From the NCBI RefSeq assembly GCF_000619845.1, contig NZ_JHUX01000003.1, positions 730,064 to 762,063 of the forward strand: a stretch of 32,000 nucleotides of DNA. Reading direction: 5' to 3'. The notes under the pieces are model-generated. The model made no database searches, was not told the DNA's origin, and worked only from the letters and a program-made list of their open reading frames with translations. This DNA is from Alkanindiges illinoisensis DSM 15370. Its GTDB lineage: Bacteria > Pseudomonadota > Gammaproteobacteria > Pseudomonadales > Moraxellaceae. The translations under genes were made by a program, and so were the position numbers. Each line of letters opens with the position of its first letter. The first letter of the stretch is position 1. This document shows, in pieces, positions 27,655 to 32,000 of the stretch.

Positions 27655-28572
27655 TTATTTTTTCTGTAGCTCAAACAGTAAGAACTCAATAAGTGCTTTT
27701 TGCGCATGCAGGCGGTTTTCTGCTTCATCCCAAACCACAGCACGCGGATCATCCAGCATATCTTCTGAAATTTCCTCACCACGATGTGCAGGCAGGCAAT
27801 GCATAAACAGGGCATCCGGACTGGCCAGATCCATCAGTGGAGGCGAAATCTGGAAAGGTGCAAATCGGCGCTTGCGGGTATTTTGCTCATTTTCCTGCCC
27901 CATACTGGCCCAGACGTCAGTCGTGAGTAGGTGAGAACCTTCTGCAGCTTCCTCGGCACTTTTCACCAGCTCCACACAATGTGCATACTCTTCCAGTAGT
28001 TCAGGTTCCGGCTCAAAACCATACGGGGTGGCAATACGCAGCTTAAAATTGAGCATGTGTGCTGCATGAATATAGGAGTTGCACATGTTGTTGCCATCGC
28101 CAATCCAAGACACGGTCTTGCCAGCAATCTCACCACGATGTTCCTTGAAAGTTTGCAGGTCAGCCAGCAACTGGCAAGGGTGATGTGTATCTGTCAGGCC
28201 GTTAATGACCGGAACTCTGGAGTACTGGGCAAAGCGTTCTACTGTGGCATGTGCAAAGGTTCGGATCATGACTATATCCAGCATGCTGGAAATAACCCGG
28301 GCAGAATCTTCAATGGGTTCACCACGGCCCAGCTGGGTATCACGTGGTGATAAAAAAATGGCACCGCCACCAAACTGAATCATGCCTGCTTCAAATGAAA
28401 CACGGGTACGGGTACTGGACTTCTCAAAGATCATGCCCAGTACTTTACCTACAAATGGCTGATAAATTTCGCCTTTGTGCTGCATCGCTTTGAGTTCAAT
28501 GGCACGATCAATAATTGCTTTAAGTTCTGTACTACTAAGATCGGTTAAGGTTAAAAAATGCCGCAGGGCCAT
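27655..28572 (-). CDS. argF: Ornithine carbamoyltransferase (anabolic)
   Basis: STRTR, HPCQ, DVWASMG and [10 protein letters not shown] motifs, 305 aa. Confidence 0.9.
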   Translation of the reverse strand: MALRHFLTLTDLSSTELKAIIDRAIELKAMQHKGEIYQPFVGKVLGMIFEKSSTRTRVSFEAGMIQFGGGAIFLSPRDTQLGRGEPIEDSARVISSMLDIVMIRTFAHATVERFAQYSRVPVINGLTDTHHPCQLLADLQTFKEHRGEIAGKTVSWIGDGNNMCNSYIHAAHMLNFKLRIATPYGFEPEPELLEEYAHCVELVKSAEEAAEGSHLLTTDVWASMGQENEQNTRKRRFAPFQISPPLMDLASPDALFMHCLPAHRGEEISEDMLDDPRAVVWDEAENRLHAQKALIEFLLFELQKK

Positions 28573-28765
28573 AATGTCTCCGCAAAAACAATGAGCACCT
28601 TAAATGGTGCTCACAGCCAATGTCATCCGTTTAATATGTAAGACTGTCCCGAGTATAAGCGATTGCAGGGCAAGGCTGCAAAGGCTATCCTGATTTGATG
28701 CAGTCAATGCATTACTCTATGCAAGCGTTTTAAAGAAAAAATAGCTCATTTTTTTAAAATTGCTT

Positions 28766-28789
28766 AAAAAGTAATGCAATTGTCATTAC
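28766..28789 (-). terminator. Weak AT-rich terminator-like hairpin after the OMP gene
   Basis: The minus strand reads GTAATG ACAATTG CATTAC TTTTT, immediately downstream of the stop at 28800. Confidence 0.35.
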
Positions 28790-28799
28790 AGCTTATCAG

Positions 28800-30083
28800 T
28801 TACAGACGATTAAGCTGAGCCAGAATCTGATAGGCATTTAAGGCCTGATCTTCCTGATTTAAAATGAGCTGGGTATTGGCATCCAGCAAGGTTTGCTCGG
28901 CAGTGAGTAAATCATAGGTGGTACGTGTGCCCAGTTCCAGCTCACGGCGAATGGTTTGTAGTGCCAGTTGTGCTGCATCGCGTGCCTTGATTAAAGCCGG
29001 ATACTGATTCTGGCTAGTTTGCAGCATGGCATAGTTTTCAGTCAGGCGCTGCTGGAGCTGGCGACGGTTACTGTCGAGTTGTTCCTGAGCAATAGCAACC
29101 CGTGCCTGTGAGCGCAGCACTTCTGCCTTTCGTGTGCCGCCATCCAGAATGGGCAGGCTGGCTTGCAAGCTCACTCCATATGCACCCAGTCGACTGGTTG
29201 AAAAGTCACTGTCATCCTGTGTATTGGCGCGGCCAGCCAGCTGGATACTGGGATAGCTTTCCCGGTGGCTGAGTTCCAGTTGTTGCTGTGCTGCTTTTAA
29301 TTGCAGGCGTGCATTTTCAATCAAGGGGGTACTTTCAATCATGGTGAGTGCGTCAGTTAAGCTGGGCACTGTGGACACCTGTTGCAATGGCTCAAGGTTT
29401 TGCGGACTCTGGCCAGTGAGCTGAACATAGCGTGATTGATCGACCAATAATGTGGCTTCAGCACGACTTTGACTGGCTGCTCCTTGCGCCTGTCGCGCAT
29501 TCGCCTGTGCCAGATCAGTTTTAGTGACTTCACCTGCTTTTAAGCGTAAACCTGCATCACGGGCAGCCTGATCCAGCGAGCGCTGATTATCCTGTTCCAG
29601 TTGAATAAGTGCCAGATCACGGGTAATGGCCGCATGTAAGCTAATCGCTGCCAGTGCAGCCTGTGTATCGACATAACCAACATTGGCCTCGGCTGCTTCA
29701 ATGCTGGTTTGTGCTGCCTGAACCGCCAGTTGCTGACGGCCAGCGGTATATAAAGGATAACTAAACTGCATGCCTACAGTTTGTGGAAAGCGTTTGCCTT
29801 CTTCAGGAAACAGTGCATTTTTTTCAGTAGTAATATAGCCAGCCCCAATTTCGGCATTAGCACTGAGTTTAAAACCATATTGAGCACGGATTTGTGCCAG
29901 TTGGGCAGCCTGATCTTGTACCTGTAAACCGGCCAGACGACGCTCTGACTGATAGTTTTTGGCCAGTGCAATACTTTCCTGTAAGGTTTGGGCATAAACT
30001 GCCACAGGGGGCGTAATCATTGCGCATAACAAAATCGAGGCGCGAACCGATAAGGCAGGCGCACGAAAATAAGAAAAGTTCAT
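28800..30083 (-). CDS. TolC-family outer-membrane efflux protein
   Basis: Signal peptide (...PPVAVYA/QTL). Two-repeat coiled-coil/beta-barrel architecture with the Q/A/L-rich heptads typical of the TolC/OEP family. 427 aa. Confidence 0.85.
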   Translation of the reverse strand: MNFSYFRAPALSVRASILLCAMITPPVAVYAQTLQESIALAKNYQSERRLAGLQVQDQAAQLAQIRAQYGFKLSANAEIGAGYITTEKNALFPEEGKRFPQTVGMQFSYPLYTAGRQQLAVQAAQTSIEAAEANVGYVDTQAALAAISLHAAITRDLALIQLEQDNQRSLDQAARDAGLRLKAGEVTKTDLAQANARQAQGAASQSRAEATLLVDQSRYVQLTGQSPQNLEPLQQVSTVPSLTDALTMIESTPLIENARLQLKAAQQQLELSHRESYPSIQLAGRANTQDDSDFSTSRLGAYGVSLQASLPILDGGTRKAEVLRSQARVAIAQEQLDSNRRQLQQRLTENYAMLQTSQNQYPALIKARDAAQLALQTIRRELELGTRTTYDLLTAEQTLLDANTQLILNQEDQALNAYQILAQLNRL

Positions 30084-30733
30084 GATGAGTGACGATGTCC
30101 TGCTAAAAAACGTTCAACCAGATATTTAAGGTAATGATCAGCATCCAGATGGTCTTCCAGTGGAGAAAGACCCACCAGCAAGCGCCATTGGGCATGTCGC
30201 AGCATGCCAAAGAATAGTGTGGCTGATTCATAAGGATGAGGGCAGTCAATTTCGCCCTGCGCATGGGCACGTTCCAGCAGGTTGGCTACAATCAACAGGC
30301 CGCGCTTGGGTCCTGAATCATAAGCCAGTTGCGCCAGCTCAGGATCACGCTGGGATTCTTCAACCACTAGCCGCATAAAGGCAATATTGTCAGTATCAGT
30401 AAAGGCGATATACACTGACTTGGCAGTCAGCAATATGATTTCATGCAGTGACTGGCCGGATTGCCATTGTGGTGGCGGATTGGACTTAAAGAATTTTTCA
30501 CAACGATATTCAAACAGGGCAGCCAGCAATCCTTTTTTATTGCCAAAATATTGATAAATCGCTGCTTTTGAACCGCCACAAAACTGTACGATGTCATCAA
30601 GGCTAACGGCATTGAAGCCTTTTTCCAGAAAAAGCGTATTGGCAGCCTGCAACAATGAGGCACGGCGCTCAATACCACGCCGGGTCAGTGCTGTCGTACA
30701 ACTTGATTGCGATGTGTCATGCACGTTATTCAT
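30080..30733 (-). CDS. TetR/AcrR-family transcriptional regulator
   Basis: N-terminal HTH (LLQAANTLFLEKGFNAVSLDDIVQFCGGSKAAIYQYFGNKKGLL). ATG 30733 is preferred over the tracked start at 30838, which would run through the divergent promoter region. The stop TGA overlaps the OMP ATG (ATGA at 30083-30080). Confidence 0.8.
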   Translation of the reverse strand: MNNVHDTSQSSCTTALTRRGIERRASLLQAANTLFLEKGFNAVSLDDIVQFCGGSKAAIYQYFGNKKGLLAALFEYRCEKFFKSNPPPQWQSGQSLHEIILLTAKSVYIAFTDTDNIAFMRLVVEESQRDPELAQLAYDSGPKRGLLIVANLLERAHAQGEIDCPHPYESATLFFGMLRHAQWRLLVGLSPLEDHLDADHYLKYLVERFLAGHRHSS

Positions 30734-30809
30734 CGAAAAAAACTCATAGAAAGTTGACCGCCCTAGTTGATTCCACACAAAAAAAGTGCAAACTGCTCTT
30801 GTCAGAAAA

Positions 30810-30830
30810 ATGTACTGTTCGGTACAGTAC
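30810..30830. promoter_or_regulatory. 21-bp near-perfect palindrome in the TetR/emrA divergent intergenic region (operator candidate)
   Basis: TGTACTGT-TCGGT-ACAGTACA has 8-bp perfect arms plus a central C/G pair. It overlaps a TACAAT -10-like hexamer (30827-30832), 38 nt upstream of the adaptor ATG. Confidence 0.5.
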
Positions 30831-30867
30831 AATATCATTCACCTTGATGCTGCGCAAGGAGCATAAA

Positions 30868-32000
30868 ATGTCGGCTAATGCCACAAATGTTCAATCGCCC
30901 AATGTTGCCAGTCATGCCCAGAGTAATGCCACAGATGAGGCAGCATCCCCTGATGTTGATTCACAGACTCAGGATGCTTCTGCCATGAACAAAAGAAAGC
31001 GTTTACCCAAGATTATTTTAGCAATTTTTTTAGTCCTTGCCGTACTGGGGATCATTTATTATTTTCTGGTTTACCGGTTTTATGAATCCACTGATAACGC
31101 CTATCTAAAAGCTGATGTCACCTGGGTTAGTCCACGTGTTGCTGGTGAAATTACCCAGCTAAACGTTAAAAATAATCAGGAAGTAAAAGCTGGTCAGGTT
31201 CTAATGAAACTGGACGACCGTGATACACAGGCACGTTATGAGCAGGCGCAGGCAATCACCCAGCTTAAAGAAGCCGCCCTTGGTGTGCAGCAGCAAAATG
31301 CAGCCAGTCAGGACGCGGTAATTCTGGAAGCGCAAGCTGGACTTGATCAGGCGTATGCTGGACTCAAGCAGGCACAGGCTGGCGTGAATCAGGCACAGGC
31401 CGAAGTAGCGAGAACACAAAAAGATGCGGCGCGTTATAATGCCTTATTGAGCGAAGGTGTGACCACACGCCAGCGCGTTGAATCTGTACAGGCACAATAT
31501 CAATCCGCACAGGCACAATATCAGTCGGCGCAGGCCCAATATCAAGCCGCACAGGCGCAAGTCAAACGTGCAGAAGCAGGTATTGCTGGCGCTAAAGCCC
31601 AGTTTGGTAGCATACAGGCCAGCCGTGAGCAATTGGTGGCAGATGTTAATAGTGCCAAGGCCAATGTTAACCTGATTGGTGTAGATGCCTCATCCGCTCA
31701 AGTCGTTGCCCCGGTTTCCGGCACCATTGGTGATCTGGCCGTGCGTCTGGGTAGTCGGGTTAATCCGCAAACCCGCTTGCTGGCTATTGTACCGCTGGAA
31801 AAAACCTTTGTAGAAGCCAACTTCAAGGAAACCCAGATTACTGATATGCACGTTGGCCAGAAAGTAACAGTTGAACTCGATGCTTATCCTGACCATGAGT
31901 TTACCGGACATATTGATAGCTTTTCACCAGCTTCCGGTGCCGAATTTTCCCTGATGCCACCTGAAAATGCCACTGGTAACTTTAACAAGGTAGTCCAGCG
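30868..32000 (+). CDS. HlyD/EmrA-family efflux membrane fusion (periplasmic adaptor) protein, N-terminal about 377 aa (3' end outside window)
   Basis: Not in the ORF track because it runs off the window. AAGGAG lies 6 nt upstream of ATG 30868. Has a single TM (LPKIILAIFLVLAVLGIIYYFLV), then ESTDNAYLKADVTWVSPRVAGEI (the EmrA-type lipoyl half), a long Q/A coiled coil, VVAPVSGTIGDL, and ends with ATGNFNKVVQ. Confidence 0.85.
   Translation, partial: MSANATNVQSPNVASHAQSNATDEAASPDVDSQTQDASAMNKRKRLPKIILAIFLVLAVLGIIYYFLVYRFYESTDNAYLKADVTWVSPRVAGEITQLNVKNNQEVKAGQVLMKLDDRDTQARYEQAQAITQLKEAALGVQQQNAASQDAVILEAQAGLDQAYAGLKQAQAGVNQAQAEVARTQKDAARYNALLSEGVTTRQRVESVQAQYQSAQAQYQSAQAQYQAAQAQVKRAEAGIAGAKAQFGSIQASREQLVADVNSAKANVNLIGVDASSAQVVAPVSGTIGDLAVRLGSRVNPQTRLLAIVPLEKTFVEANFKETQITDMHVGQKVTVELDAYPDHEFTGHIDSFSPASGAEFSLMPPENATGNFNKVVQ
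31489..31560 (+). repeat. In-frame 21-bp tandem repeat (3 units plus a partial) encoding the QAQYQSA heptad in the adaptor coiled coil
   Basis: caggcacaatatcaatccgca (31489-31509), caggcacaatatcagtcggcg (31510-31530), caggcccaatatcaagccgca (31531-31551), caggcgcaa... (partial). Confidence 0.75.

Noticed and set aside
31364-31911. Short ORFs on both strands at the right end of the window (for example 31478-31675 + with NINPHRHNISRRR repeats)
   Set aside because: They fall inside the long EmrA/HlyD-family ORF, which is absent from the track because it has no stop in the window. They arise from its 21-bp tandem repeat.
1-32000. Search for CRISPR arrays, IS elements/transposases, integrases, phage genes, toxin-antitoxin pairs or recognisable defence-system genes
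   Set aside because: None was found. There are no regularly spaced repeats, no transposase or recombinase motifs, and every large ORF has a housekeeping or ordinary accessory assignment.

Overview
This window reads as a chromosomal, mostly housekeeping segment of a Moraxellaceae (Acinetobacter-like) gammaproteobacterium. That assignment is by eye from the AlaRS, LpxB, LysC and CsrA sequences; no search was run.

Gene order, left to right:
- 3' end of a PlsC-like acyltransferase
- Pif1/RecD-like helicase
- orphan secreted protein (-)
- hrpA
- stand-alone KAS III (FabH-like)
- tiny charged lipoprotein
- lpxB, GNAT acetyltransferase, rnhB
- orphan 90-aa protein (-)
- AroE-like dehydrogenase paralog
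- csrA, lysC, alaS (all -)
- prmB-aroC
- MFS transporter
- secreted Cys-containing protein
- accC, accB, aroQ (all -)
- MgtC-family protein
- Lys/Ser-rich histone-tail-like protein (-)
- argF (-)
- TolC-like OMP and TetR (-, overlapping by ATGA)
- divergent EmrA/HlyD-type adaptor, running off the right edge

I found no rRNA, tRNA, CRISPR array, transposase, integrase or phage genes. I found no convincing multi-gene defence or mobile system, so most of the window is ordinary core genome.

The less ordinary spots are:
- Two long, visibly AT-rich gene-free spacers at 12331-12814 and 25407-26094. The second carries a long-range GC-rich inverted repeat and a start-overlapping uORF upstream of the MgtC-family gene.
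- A structured 200-nt tail after the acyltransferase gene.
- Several orphan or low-complexity proteins: a WD/R/H-rich lipoprotein, a Lys/Ser-rich tail protein, and an apparently lower-GC secreted protein.
- An AroE-like paralog with altered substrate-binding residues.
- An efflux locus with a 21-bp palindromic operator candidate and a 21-bp in-frame tandem repeat in the adaptor gene.

All functional calls come from motif recognition by eye. Nothing was computed beyond hand counting.
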